IMG/VR virus record: IMGVR_UViG_3300036760_000988
Strand: one strand, 5' to 3'
Source of the DNA: an uncultured virus (IMG/VR IMGVR_UViG_3300036760_000988)
Taxonomy: Duplodnaviria; Heunggongvirae; Uroviricota; Caudoviricetes
DNA length: 64,000 nucleotides
The notes under the pieces were generated by a model. That model made no database searches. It had not been told where the DNA came from and was given only the letters and a program-made list of their open reading frames with translations. Position numbers and translations under genes: made by a program. Numbering within the stretch: position 1 is the first letter of the stretch; every line of letters begins with the position of its first letter. Shown piece by piece: positions 38,078 through 49,829 of the stretch.

Positions 38078-38992
38078 ATGTCCAACTTCTTTGCCGCGCT
38101 TCCTGTTCCCGCGGGCAACGGTGCAGGCGCCCCGGTCGATGTCTCTGCCGCGGGGAGCCTGAAGGCGCTCGTCATCGCGGGCGCGTTCGATGCCGCGCTC
38201 AACGTCGAGGTCTCCGAAGACGGGGTGACCTACGAGACCGCGGCGACGTACACCGGCCCGACGACCGCACTGCTCGATATGGCCGCCCAGTTCATGCGCG
38301 TGGTGATCTCGGGGTACGTGTCGGGCACGCCCGTGGTGGCGGTCGGCGCGATCGGGACGGGGGGTGCCTTCGCGGCGCTCGCAGTTCCGGCGGGGAACGG
38401 CGTCGGTGCCCCCACCAACGTCTCCGCCATGGGCATCCCCAAGACCCTCGTGGTGGGGGGCCCGTTCGAGGCGACGGTCACCATCGAGATCAGCGAGGAT
38501 GGGGTCACGTTTGGTGCGATCCCCGGCGTTCCGAGTTTCTCGGTGCCCGATCTCGTGACCACGCCGGTCATCGCCGCGTTCATGCGCGTGCGCGTGTCCG
38601 GCTACGTGTCCGGCACGCCGGTGGTCGCGGTGGGCGCGGTCGCGGATCTGGCGGCGGCCTTCGCGGCGTTCGTGGCGGCGACCAACGCGGCCTTCGCAGC
38701 GCTGGCGCTGCTCCCCCAGAACCGCTTCTCTGGCGCCTTCTCTGCCGCGAACCCGCCGGTGATCTTCGGCAGCACCAACGTGCTGGGGGTCGCACGGGTG
38801 ATCGCCGGGCAGTATCGCGTCAATGTCGCGGCGGTGCCCGGGGTCGTCCTGCCCAGCAGTGGTGGCGGCGCGGCCTTCGCCAACATCACCTGGGCCTTCG
38901 TCGATGGCGCGCACTTCGATTTGTTCGTCAAGGACGCCGCGGGTGTCTTGATCGAGCCTGGCAGTCCGGTCACGTTCCTGGGCGTGTCATAG
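38078..38992 (+). CDS. beta-rich virion protein with two internal repeats
   Basis: FAALPVPAGNG.GAP...EVSEDGVT...FMRV..SGYVSGTPVVAVGA occurs twice. Confidence 0.65.
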   Translation: MSNFFAALPVPAGNGAGAPVDVSAAGSLKALVIAGAFDAALNVEVSEDGVTYETAATYTGPTTALLDMAAQFMRVVISGYVSGTPVVAVGAIGTGGAFAALAVPAGNGVGAPTNVSAMGIPKTLVVGGPFEATVTIEISEDGVTFGAIPGVPSFSVPDLVTTPVIAAFMRVRVSGYVSGTPVVAVGAVADLAAAFAAFVAATNAAFAALALLPQNRFSGAFSAANPPVIFGSTNVLGVARVIAGQYRVNVAAVPGVVLPSSGGGAAFANITWAFVDGAHFDLFVKDAAGVLIEPGSPVTFLGVS

Positions 38993-38996
38993 TCGT

Positions 38997-39114
38997 CCCG
39001 CCGGCCCGATCTCGTCAGGGCTTCGGGACGCCCAACTTCTTCAACGCCACTTGTGCCCGCCGGCCCGATCTCGTCAGGGCTTCGGGACGCCCAACTTCTT
39101 CAGCGCCACCTGGG
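38997..39114. repeat. 59-bp tandem duplication
   Basis: Copies at 38997-39055 and 39056-39114 with 3 mismatches. Confidence 0.9.
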
Positions 39115-40009
39115 CGAGGAGCACCTGTGCGAGCTTGCGCAGCGCGTGGGTCGGCGTCTGCCCCTTGAACGACATGTACGAGTCCGAAGCGAGCACGCTC
39201 ACCGAGTAGGGCTCGGCGTCCAAGTCACTGGAGAAGTCGAACGAGAGCCGCCGGCACAGGCGCGTGGTGTCGCGCAGGAGCTGCCACGTCGGCGGCCAGC
39301 CCGCGTCCTTGTTCGTGTCCGTGGGCGGCACGTACTTCACGATCTCGACCTTGGGGGGCTTCGGCATGATCAGTCCAGGAAGTAGGTGAGGCCGCACGCG
39401 CACTCGACCCCCAGCCGCTCCCCGGCGGCGTAAATGCAGCGGACGAAATGGTCGGCGTGCGCCGGCTGCTCGGTGACGATCAGCTCGAACAAGTACTTGC
39501 CCCGTCGTGGCGTGTCGAGGGAGATCGAGTCGTCGTCGAGGGGGCGCCAGTCGTCCCAGTTGATGTCCACCACTGCTACCCTTCCTGCGCGAGTTCGCGC
39601 TCGATGGCGTCCTGCTCCCGCTCATCCAGTTGATTCCAGATCTGATCGGCGCGGCGTATGCGGTCGCGGTACTCCCACGTGCCGGGGGTGCACGTCGTCA
39701 TTTCGTTTGCGACGCGCAAGTACTCCTGCGCGAGCGCCGAGAGCGGCGGCCGAGGCTTGGGCACGAACAACTCGGCGACGACGCGCGATCCGATCTTCCT
39801 CTGAAGCCAGCGCCAGATCGACATCACGCACCCTGCCTTTCGTGCCAGCGGATCACGTTGCGACACCACACCGCGATCAGCGTCGCGGCGATAGCACGGC
39901 GCACCTGCGCCAGTCGGAACGCCTGGAACTGCGCGGGCGTCATCACGATCTCCGCCAACCCTGGCACGATCTCGACGCAGCGCTCGAACCACTTCTGGTC
40001 GATGTTCAT
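39074..40009 (-). other. four small hypothetical ORFs downstream of the recombinase
   Basis: Closely packed ORFs (39074-39367, 39370-39573, about 39576-39825, 39824-40009). Confidence 0.5.
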
Positions 40010-40902
40010 GTCCCTTCTCCTCGGCGGCGCTTCGCCACCGCCTCCATGACGGCGCCGCCACGCTGCCCGCGATCGTAGCGCCGCGTCGTCTTCGGGTCGG
40101 CGTGGTGCGCCGCCGCCTGGATCTCGTGCTCGGGCAAGCCCGTATCGTACGCCGTCGTGATGAACGCCGCACGGAAGCAGTGGGGGTGCACGTGCTCGCC
40201 GCCGGCCGCGGTCGCCCAGCGTGCGACGATCTGGTTCACGCGGGTGACGTTCCACGGTTGCCCGTGCTGGCCCGCGAACACGTACAGGCTCGGCGGCGCA
40301 TGCGCGAGCCACGCCGCCACCGCGGCGCCGGTTTCGGGCGGCACGGCCAGCTCGACGCGCTTCTCCCCCTTCACCAGCGTGCGCAGGATCAGCTGCGAGC
40401 CCTCCTGCCGCAGATCGGCGCGGAGCAGGCGCGCGACCGACTCGCGGCGCAGGCCCGTGTCGTAGAGCAGGCGCAGGACCGCCACGTCGCGAAGCCCTTG
40501 GGCGGCCGCCGCCGCCGCGAGCATCGCCTGGGCGGTCTTGTCCGTCACGGCGACGGTTGTGCCGATGCTGCCGGCCGGCGGCCAGGGCAGGAACGTCGGG
40601 TGGAAGGGGTTGGCGCGGGCCACGCGGGCGAGGAGGAGCTTCCGGTAGATGGAGGAGAGCGCGGCCAGGCAACGCCGCGCCGACGCGGGCGCGAGCAGTG
40701 CCCCCAGATGGTCACGGAAGGCCACGGCGTCGTCCAGGACGGGCGTTTCTGGTTCTAGGCCACGCTGGCGGCACCAGTCGAGCCAGGTCGCCAGGTCGTG
40801 GCTGTACGCGGTGCGCGTGTGTGGCGAGCGCCGCGTGGAGATCAGCGTGCGGGCGTGCTGCTCGAACACGGACTCGTACGGCTTGAGGGTGATCGCGTCC
40901 AT
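40006..40902 (-). CDS. XerC/D-like tyrosine recombinase
   Basis: SAM-like N-terminus (HTRTAY..DL), RD..LLYDTGLR, KG, HPHCFR, HH and TT.RYD catalytic set. Confidence 0.9.
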   Translation of the reverse strand: MDAITLKPYESVFEQHARTLISTRRSPHTRTAYSHDLATWLDWCRQRGLEPETPVLDDAVAFRDHLGALLAPASARRCLAALSSIYRKLLLARVARANPFHPTFLPWPPAGSIGTTVAVTDKTAQAMLAAAAAAQGLRDVAVLRLLYDTGLRRESVARLLRADLRQEGSQLILRTLVKGEKRVELAVPPETGAAVAAWLAHAPPSLYVFAGQHGQPWNVTRVNQIVARWATAAGGEHVHPHCFRAAFITTAYDTGLPEHEIQAAAHHADPKTTRRYDRGQRGGAVMEAVAKRRRGEGT

Positions 40903-40923
40903 CTCCTCACAGTACCACGGCGC

Positions 40924-40952
40924 GTAGCACGTAACTAGGGATTATATGACAT
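40924..40952. other. dif/att-like recombination site
   Basis: GTAGCACGTAA-CTAGGGA-TTATATGACAT: Xer-type TAA-N7-TTAT layout directly upstream of the recombinase. Confidence 0.45.
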
Positions 40953-41052
40953 AGAGATTCCTCAATGATTTCAACTAGTTAGCTATTGTGTAGTGATTTC
41001 GCATAGTTGCATCATATCCACCAATGCGCCTTCGAGCGCGCGATCCTCAAGC

Positions 41053-42279
41053 TCATCGTCGTCGTCGCCGGGAAGCCTGTCGGGAAGGTCTCTTGAGCGT
41101 GGAACGCGGTCGTTCCTCGCGCTCAAGGCCCAGCCTTGGCCCCGACGCCGCCCGTGCGAGGGGGCGGAGTAGGCTTTCTTCGAGCCACGCGATAACGGGG
41201 ACGACAACGCCGTCGCCCATCAAGTGGTACGCTTCGTTGTAGTTGGCAGGAAGCACGTAGGTGTCAGGGACTCCCATCAACCGTGCAGCTTCTCTCGGCG
41301 AGAGCAGCCGCGTTCGCACGGATTCCCCGTCAACAATGATGATCGTCTGGCGGCTCGAACCGCCTCCTGGGGTACGCAGGCAACCACCGATCTGATCAAA
41401 GCGCACTTCCGCTCGTTGCACCTTCCTCCCACCCTCATCGAGCCGCGTCCGACGGTAGATCGTTCCGACGACCCTACGACCGAAGCGACGGAGTTCTTCA
41501 ACTCTTTTTCGATGCATCGGTGACATCATCGCCAGAACCTTCTTGGTCTCGTGGGCGGTGTGCCACGCAACTCCTACCGGCTCGTTCTCAATGACATCGG
41601 AGAGCGCGAGTGGACGCTTTGGAGGTCGCGGCATCCTCCACCAGATCCATCGCTCAGCGACATCACTAGGCAGGCGATCATGGGCTTGGCGAAGCGCTCG
41701 CGGGTGCCACTCGTCGTCGCATGCCTCGGCAATTAGCCTCTCGGGCACGGCGAGACCTTCATGGACAGCGACAACGAACAGCCGTGGGCGGGACTGCGGT
41801 ACGAACATCGCCGCGTCCATCACGAGCGCTCCGATGCGATAGCCCGCAGAGGTCAGCCTTGTCGCAAGAGCGACGAAGTCTTGCCCTTCGTTTGCTGTCA
41901 GCGCGCCAACGACGTTCTCCAACACGACAATTGGCGGTGGTCGCTTGTCGTCCCGAAGCCCCTCGGCCAGCTTCCAAAACGGCCAGAATGCTCCACTCCG
42001 CTTGGCTTGTAGCCCGCCCCTCGCTCCGGCAAGGGACAGGTCTTGGCACGGGAACGAACCCCACACGAGCGTCGGACGGCCAGGGAGATCCGCGACTGCG
42101 AGCGAAGCTACATCGCCTTCGACGAGATGCTCCGACGATCCGAAGTTCTCGCGGTACGAACGGGCCTTCTTGGGGCAGATGTCGTTAGCGAAGATGCAGT
42201 CCCAGGCTCCCCCAAGCCCGAGACGCGCCATTCCGCCACCCGCAAAGAATTCGTAGAAGCCGAAACGTCGGGTCGCCAT
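41053..42279 (-). CDS. C5 cytosine DNA methyltransferase (orphan)
   Basis: FFAGGG, SFPCQDLS, LENV, QSRPR, REAARLMG and GDGV motifs; lower GC. Confidence 0.92.
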   Translation of the reverse strand: MATRRFGFYEFFAGGGMARLGLGGAWDCIFANDICPKKARSYRENFGSSEHLVEGDVASLAVADLPGRPTLVWGSFPCQDLSLAGARGGLQAKRSGAFWPFWKLAEGLRDDKRPPPIVVLENVVGALTANEGQDFVALATRLTSAGYRIGALVMDAAMFVPQSRPRLFVVAVHEGLAVPERLIAEACDDEWHPRALRQAHDRLPSDVAERWIWWRMPRPPKRPLALSDVIENEPVGVAWHTAHETKKVLAMMSPMHRKRVEELRRFGRRVVGTIYRRTRLDEGGRKVQRAEVRFDQIGGCLRTPGGGSSRQTIIIVDGESVRTRLLSPREAARLMGVPDTYVLPANYNEAYHLMGDGVVVPVIAWLEESLLRPLARAASGPRLGLEREERPRSTLKRPSRQASRRRRR

Positions 42280-43709
42280 TTAGCTCTCCATAACGCGAGG
42301 AAGAGCCAGCACCCGAAGGCTTGGCCCTTGCGCTTGTGAGGCGCCCTTGCTGCATTGCCAGGTCTAAAAAGACCTGGACGAGCGCCGGCAGGTAGCAGCC
42401 GGGGCGGCGCTGCGGCGAGAAGCGGGCCTCGATGTGGTTCGCGGGCCACCCGCAGTGGGGGCACCATGCTAGATCTGGGCCGACGTGCTCCTGACAGCCA
42501 GGACAAGTGCCGGGGAAGTTGCTCATTATCGTACCGTTCCAAAAAGGACGCAGCCCGAAAGGTGCGGGGCCGCGGCGACCTCATTGTCGATCGCGAAGAT
42601 GCCGCCCGCCTCCCCCGCCGCGGCCAGCTCGCGCGCGACCTCGGGCAAGCCGCAGCGTTCGCAGCCGCCGGCCTTCCACACGTGGGGGCACTGGATCTGC
42701 GCCAGGCGTCCGATCGACCAGTCGGCGAGGTGGTGCAGGCAGTCGCCGCACGTGATCTCGGTGGGGTTGGTGGTCCAGTCCCGTTGGAGCAGCTCCTTGT
42801 GCATGGTCAGCTCGCGGGCGGGTACTTGCGCGCCGCAAGCCGGCGTGAGGGGGGCTTCGGGGTGGGTCCAGTGGATGAGGCTCATTCGAAGCCCTCGTTG
42901 TTGCGGTAGTCGTGCAGCCGGCCGATCCAGCCGCACGTGCAGGCCAGGCCCCAGTGATCGCCCGGGATCCAAATGACGTTGCAGCCGCACATTGGGCACC
43001 ACTCCGGCCGGATACCAGGACCGGGTTTATCCGGCTCGGCCACGGTCTGCACGCCGCCGTCGAAGCCGCACGCGTTGCACACGAACTCGAAATCGCCCGA
43101 GCCGTGTCCCTGGGTGGAGAAGTGCGCCAGTCCGCGCGGGTGCGCGAAATGTTCCCCACACATTGGGCAGCAGACGGGCAGCTTCTTGAAGGATCCGGTG
43201 CTCATTTTCCACCCCTCCGATCTGGCTGCCATGCGTTCAAGACCCCCGTGGCGATCACTAGCAAGGGGTCCTCCGGCGCCCGCGCGACGATGGCCTTCAG
43301 CGCCGCCTCGTAGGCGTGCATCTCGTCGCGCAGGGTCGCGGTCTCCGCGAACAGGCGCTGGCGCAGGTGCGCGAAGCCCTTCACGTGCTCGGGGGACTTC
43401 CCCCAGTCCTTCCCGAAGCAGGAGTCGCACACGTCCAAGGCCAAGCGCGTGCACACGTCGTAGAGATCCATCGCGGGCATCAGCACACCGCCTTGTTGGC
43501 CTTGAGGGTTGCCGCACACGCCGCCGAGCAAACGAGCCAGGTCTTCCCCTGCCCCGTGATCAGCACGTTCACCGACTCCACCACCGTGACCCACTCCGCG
43601 GGCAAGGGGTGTAACAAGGCACTCCCACGAGGGAGCGTCACCTTGGCGGGACACACGGGGTTGCCACAGGTGATGAGCACCGACTGCCCGTCTTTAGAAA
43701 ATAGGAGAC

Positions 43710-44009
43710 TCATGCATCGCATCCGAACCGCTCCTTGATGAGCTTCACGATGATGTTGCCGTGGCAGGGCTTGGGGGCACAGAAGCACGCCAGCACCTTC
43801 CCGCGGAGCCCGTCCAGCTCCCGTGCGAAGGCCAGATCCTCGACGAGGCGCTGCCGGAGCCACACCTCGTACTTGATCAAGACCTCCGTGCGCGTGCCGT
43901 CGGCGCCGAGGTGGAAGGGGTTGCCGAAAATCGACGGGCGGCCGATGAACACGTCGTGGAGCCCGCGCCCACGGCGGATCACGCGGGTGCCAAAGACGCG
44001 TGGGCTCAT
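43710..44009 (-). CDS. DUF4326-like protein
   Basis: DVFIGRPSIFGNPF...LRGKVLACFCAPKPCHG. Confidence 0.85.
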   Translation of the reverse strand: MSPRVFGTRVIRRGRGLHDVFIGRPSIFGNPFHLGADGTRTEVLIKYEVWLRQRLVEDLAFARELDGLRGKVLACFCAPKPCHGNIIVKLIKERFGCDA

Positions 44010-45185
44010 TTCGGCTCCCCCGCGCTCAGGCGTAACAACCCGATCAGCTTGATCAGCCCCAGGATCCCCTGCTGGAGCTGCGGCGGCCCGCCGCGCTTGT
44101 CACAGCGGCAGCCGCCTTGCGTCCGCATGCCCGGCGCGTCCCCGAAGATGCAGGGCGAGCCCTTGCAGTCGGGCAGCTCGATGCCGTAGCACTTGGCCAG
44201 CTCGCGGACGCCGAGCTTGCTCATCGGAAGGGGCCGTCCTTCGGTGGTGCTTCGATCTCGGCTTCGAGGCTCCAGATCTGCTGGGTCCCTTCCTTGTTCC
44301 AGACGACCTTCTTGCTCAGCGACATCACCTTCAGCCCGTAGTGCTTCGTCACCCACTCGGTGACCGCCTCGTTGATGTTGTCCTCGGTGATGTCCTGCAT
44401 GAGGAGCCTCATTTCTTCCCTCGTTCGGCAGTGCTTACCTCCTGCCACATGCGAACGGCGCGGTCGACATCATCGAGGTTGGCACGGTCGTTCATGAAGC
44501 GCCGTGCGACCAGCGCAAGATGTCGCGCGGTCGCCCGCAGGGGGCTCGCTGGCTGGTGCGGATCCATGCGCTGCCCTTTTGCCCATGAACGACTCATTTC
44601 TTCCCTCCTGCGGTGTAGCGGGCCTTGCACCGGGCCTTGGCCATGCGGGTCGCGCACGCCTTCGTGTCGACACAGACGTAGCCCCCGGCCTTGGCTGGTG
44701 TGAGCGGCGCCGTCGAGGTGGTGAGCACCCATGTCGCGTCTGCGCGCTGCAGCTTGATCTTGGGCGCGGGCGCGGCGAGGCACAGCTTGCATTGGATGCG
44801 CGCGGCCATCAGCCCTCTCGCACACAAGGGACAAATTCAATGTGGCGTTCGCCGCTACGATCCGGTGGGCTTTCGTGCAAGATCTTGAAGCGTGAGGGGA
44901 TACAAAATCCGTAGTAACTACTGGGATGGATGTGCCAGGCTCCATCGAAGGTGCAAGCGGTGTTGCCGGGGCCCGTGTCCCAAACCACGCCCGTGGTGAG
45001 ATCCACCACGATCACGTTGTGCCCCACCATGACCTGTGCCCCCGGTCCTGTCTTTCCTCCCCCGAGCCCGGGACCGTATCCGTCGCCGTCGGCCGCGAGC
45101 AGATACAATGCCTCGATTTTCGAGTCGAGGTGTAGACGCTGCATCCACTGTTTGGTGAGGGTTTCAAATTCTGTTTGAGTCAGCA

Positions 45186-45569
45186 TCAGATGTGGGCCTC
45201 ACCGTCGAGCAGCGCACGGAAGTCTGGTACGACTTCACCATCGAGGCACGACCAGAGATGCAACACGTACGGATGGACGTTCACGTACTCCGAGGCCCGT
45301 GGGAGCACCTGCAGCGCCACGGCTTCGAGCCCGACGAACAGATCCTTGACCTCGCGCAGCTCCGTCCAGCGAGGTAGCCGCGCCGGGTGACTGACCGAGA
45401 CGTGCAACCAGCGCCGACCATCGCGCTCGCGTCCCTTCGAGCACAGCACCTTCAAGTCGCCCATGCTGATATAGAGCCCTGGTTCGAGTTGTCGCCAGGT
45501 CACGGGCAAGATGGTCGGGCCACACCACTCGTGATCCTTTGCTGAGCGCTGGTTGTCGGGGAGCGTCAT
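45186..45569 (-). CDS. conserved phage protein (HVSVS...EYVNVH family)
   Basis: WLHVSVSH...PRW.EL..VKDLF...EYVNVHPYVLHLW. Confidence 0.7.
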   Translation of the reverse strand: MTLPDNQRSAKDHEWCGPTILPVTWRQLEPGLYISMGDLKVLCSKGRERDGRRWLHVSVSHPARLPRWTELREVKDLFVGLEAVALQVLPRASEYVNVHPYVLHLWSCLDGEVVPDFRALLDGEAHI

Positions 45570-46070
45570 GGTTACCCCAGGCACACGAGCACACAGCGGG
45601 TGCGCTCCGGCGACGGATCCCAGTTCTCCGTGCCGAACCGCCACGTGGCCTTGATCTCGGCCAGGTCTTCGGCGTCGGTGACCTCGAAGAAGTCGACCTT
45701 CGCCTGCGCGGTCCACGCGGCGATCGTCTCGGCGGAGACAAAGATGAACCCCAGCACGATGCGATCCGCCCAGGGACCCGTGCGCTGCCGGAGGTAGTCC
45801 CGGATCCGCGCGAACTCGGGCTTGTACTTGTCGTAGAGGGTCACGGGTCGATCCTTCCATCGGCGCATTTGGCGACGTAGCAGATGGCGTCGTAGGGGGG
45901 ATCGCCGGGCCAGGTGGCCGGCGCCTCATGCTCGGTGTGTATGACCTCGGTGACCACCACGGCGTCGTTGAACCAGTGACAGCGCACCAGCTCACCCACG
46001 CACGGCACCCGCGACAGGAGGAGGTAGCCGCCACGGGTGACATCAGGCTGCAGCCGGACGATGATGCGGA

Positions 46071-46526
46071 TCACGACTCCTCCAGCAGGTCCGGCCAGAG
46101 ATCCTCGTTCTCGTCGACCGCCGCGTCGACCACCCGTGCGTACTTCTGCGCCGTCGTGTGCCCGTCCCACGGGTCGCCGCGCCACGGCGGGCACCAGTTG
46201 AAGTACTGCTTGATCTCGTCCGCGTGCACGTGCCAGGTGACCTGGCCGGTGGGCAGCTCGATGAACACGACGTGCTGCCAGGCCGCGTCGATCTCCACCG
46301 GATCCTTGCCCACCCCGACCAGGCACTCGTGCTCCAACGCGAGGCGCGCGATCAGCGCCACCAGCTGCGTGCGCTCTGTGTAGAGGTCCGCCACTTGCGC
46401 GGCGTGATCCGCCGCCAGCTGATCGAGGAGTTCCGCGAGGCGTTGGAGATCGTGCGGCGCGGACGCTTTGCGGACGATCGCCCAGATCTGTTCGCGGGTG
46501 GTGCTGGGGAGCGGCTTCAGGGGCAT
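46071..46526 (-). CDS. WDGH-motif phage protein
   Basis: ELYxER-like DLYTER, IELPTGQVTWH and WDGHT. Confidence 0.7.
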   Translation of the reverse strand: MPLKPLPSTTREQIWAIVRKASAPHDLQRLAELLDQLAADHAAQVADLYTERTQLVALIARLALEHECLVGVGKDPVEIDAAWQHVVFIELPTGQVTWHVHADEIKQYFNWCPPWRGDPWDGHTTAQKYARVVDAAVDENEDLWPDLLEES

Positions 46527-49500
46527 GGGGGTCTCCTTCTGGGGTCGCGCAACAAGTTGAGCGCCGTGCAGATGTGTTCGTTCAGTAGCAAGAGCTGGTC
46601 CTTGGTCATCTTGGGGACGAGGTGGAGGAGCATGGCATGCCAGCTCGGCAACAGGTTGAGGATCTGCACCCGTAGCGTCGCTTCGTCCAGCGCGGCCACC
46701 ACCCGCGGGTCCTGATCCAAGTATTCGTAGATTGAGGGCATCATCTTTTCCCGTGCAGACAAGGACCGCACTCGCACGTCGTCCGATGCCGGTGAAACCA
46801 AAAGGTCTGTCCAACGCCCAGACCCAGCTGCTCGGCGCGGAGCTGTGGTAATAGCGTGACCCCGAGCGACGCCTCGGACTCTGACGGGAAAGGTCCCAGG
46901 ACATCGCAGTCGCCATTCCAGATGTACCAGCGCGGCTCAGGAGCCGGCGTGATGGGCCAGGGCATCACCGCTCTCCTACCCCACACCCGTGCGGACAGCG
47001 CGCGGTCCGGCGCGTCGGCTTCTTCTGGGCCATCACCCAGAGGTAGTGCCCGCAGGACAGCTGCAGCTTCCAGGGCACTGCGGTCGGTTTCTTGTAGATG
47101 TGCGTGACCTTCTTGAAGACGCCCATGTTCACCTATTCCGCGCCTGTCGGCGATGTTCTTCCAGTGTGAAGCCGCAGTGCAGGCAAAGATCCGAAGCCTC
47201 GGTCTGCTGCTCGTCGTACGGGTACTGGAACTGCACGCAGGGGTAGATCCCCGGCGTGTAGATCTCCCGCACCTCCGCGAAGGGCAGCCGCTGGTTGCGT
47301 CGCGGAGGGATCTTCACGCCCATCAGCGCAGCTCCAGGCAGCGATCGAGCGCCGCCAGTACGTTGTCAATGCCCAGGTTCTCGATGAGCTGCAGCAGCAG
47401 CTCCGGCGGAACCTTCCGCTCCTTCACGATCGTCCGTACATTGTTCACGAAGTTCCACGCCAGACAGAGATCCTGTGTGCGCTCGAAGGGCAACTTACGG
47501 AGCGCGGCCACGATCGCGGTCGGCACCCGCGTCGAGCGGTCGCCGTGCTCTTTGCGATCTGTCCAGTAGAGCGTCGTCCACTCCTCGCCCGTTGGCTCGA
47601 TATAGCAGCGGCCGACCAAGGGATCGTCCGGCACGATGGGTAGCTCCACCGTCATCTCAGCCCCGCTTTCGCGCCGGCCAGCGGCGGGTGCGACGAAAGG
47701 TCTCCCGCTCGGCCGCCGTCGCGTGTGCACACTTCACGGTGTGTCTATGCATTGATCGCTCGGCGGAGATATTCCAGCCCGAGAGCGCGGTCGGCTTCAA
47801 GACCTGGCCCTGGCACGTGGGGCAGATCATGACCTCGTTTTCGAGCCCCGCCGAGCGGGTGCGTGGGGGCAGGGCGCGATCCTGGGCGTCGGGCCAACCG
47901 GGGGGTGACGCGGGTACTGTGTCGAGCTTCGTCATGTTTGCTCCTACAATCGTTACGTGGTTGCGCGTCGCAATCAGACCGCGGTGAACCGTTCACAGCC
48001 GGAAATGGCGCACGGGCCGGTGTCGCTCTCGTGCTCGATGAGGGGCATGCCGCAGTGGCAGGCCAGCGAGAGTCCGGGGTGCGGGCCGGCGGGCGGCGCA
48101 CCCACGCAGGCCCCGAAGATCGCCGCATGACCCGCCTCGTCGAGCGTGGCGCGGGCCTGCTCGATCTTCTGCAGGATGGTCGAGGACACCGGGCCGATCG
48201 GCGCGAGGCCCTCGTTGAGCAGCGCGTTCAGATCCAGTCGCGCTTGTGCCGCATTGTCGAGCGACACGAGGGCGATCGTGCGCAGGGAGTGTGCGAGGTC
48301 GAGCAGGATGAGGCTGGCGGCGTGCAGCGTCTCCTTCAAGGAGTCCGCCTTGTAGGCGTCGTTCAGGCGCTGGGTGAGCGCTTCGTTGACCTCCTGGGCC
48401 AGATCCTGTTCGTGCTTGTTCATGATCTTCGTCTCCGCTTGCGTCGTTTCCGGGGGTACTCCCGCAACTTGGCCCGCCACTTGTTCGCCTCGAAGAACGC
48501 GGCGTCGGCGCGGGCGTTCAACTCGGCCGACCACACCATGGCGCACAGCCCCGAGAGCCGGAGGTACGTGGACATGTAGCCCCCGATCTTGCCGCGCACC
48601 TGTACCATGGTGAGAGGCGGCTTCACGGCTTGCGTAGTACCTTCGCTGCCGCGCCGCACGGGACGTGCCCGCATTTCTTGCAAGCGTCGCGCGCCTGCCC
48701 GTTGTAGATCCGGCACTGGCAACAGCCCCAGCCCGGCATCACGTTCGGGTGATCCACGACGGTGCAGCCTTTGGTCTCAGCGCTCATTTGGGGGCGCGCT
48801 CCGTCGCCAACTGAATGCGTAACTCGACGAGCTGTGCCTGGCAGTCGGCCAGCCGTGCCTCCAGATCCCCCACGTGGTCGACGCCGACCTTGACCAACTC
48901 CACCGCAGCGGCCCACCCGGCTTGTGCCTCGGCGCGTTCGTTACCCAGGATGACGATCGCCTCCTTGAGTTCCACGATGCGGTCGCGGTGTTCCTGCAAC
49001 TCTTGGTCCTGGGCCTTGACGCGCGTGGCGGCGCCGTGGATCTTCTTCTGATTGCGGGTGCTCATTGTGGTCCTTTCACAGCTTCAGATCCTTCGGTAGC
49101 GCGTTGAAGAAGTCCATGCACTGCGGCGTCCAGACCGAATGCGCGAGCAGGTAGTGCTCCGCTTTCTCCGGCCACACGAAGCCCCAGCCCGTCATGTCCG
49201 CGGAGCCAAGGAGCGTGTCGCAGATCCGGCAATTGGCGTAACCCATATAGCCGATCCCCCGCGTGCCTTGCGCCAGCGCCGCCGCGATCCAGATTCGCTT
49301 TTCCTCCTCCCCGCCGAGGTATTCGTCCGGGCTGCCGCCGGGGGACTCCGACCAGTAGAGCAGGGGCTTGCCTTGCCCATGGGGACCGTTGGTGCAGAGC
49401 ACGCAGTGCTGGAGGGAGAGGGCACCCAGCACCCCACCCAGCACCCCCGCCGCGAGCTGTCCCCGTCGTCCCCAGTTGAGCGTGGTGCCGAGACGGGTGC

Positions 49501-49829
49501 CCGCCTCTGCAAACTCCTGTACATGTGCTGTGAGCCGCGTCCCGAGGGGACGAGCACAGACACGACAGCTACCGGGCGGGGCCGCGGACACGCCCATGAT
49601 CAGTACTGCATTTCCTCGGCGGCCCACGGTCCCGGCGCGTCGCCGCCCTGGGCCAGCCAGGCGTCCAGCTCCTGGAACTTCTTCGCGAGCGTCAGGCACT
49701 CGGACGCCTTGAGCGGCTTCTTCTTGTCGGCGGCTTCGGTGATGCCCTCGGCGATCTTACGCATCTCCTCCAGGGCCTTGGTCGGGTTCTCGGAGAACAG
49801 CATCGGAGCCTCCTTCTTGCGCGTCGCAA

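Larger units (their letters stand above)
42526..49803 (-). other. array of more than 20 small accessory ORFs, many with CxxC zinc-binding motifs
   Basis: Tightly coupled minus-strand ORFs; individual starts uncertain. Confidence 0.6.

Noticed and set aside
35821..38202. 793-aa antisense ORF and many other long shadow ORFs
   Set aside because: Expected in high-GC DNA opposite real genes; low-complexity Ala/Arg/Pro translations without motifs.
38997..39114. Diversity-generating retroelement TR/VR pair
   Set aside because: Differences are not confined to adenines and are all synonymous; no reverse transcriptase is in the window.
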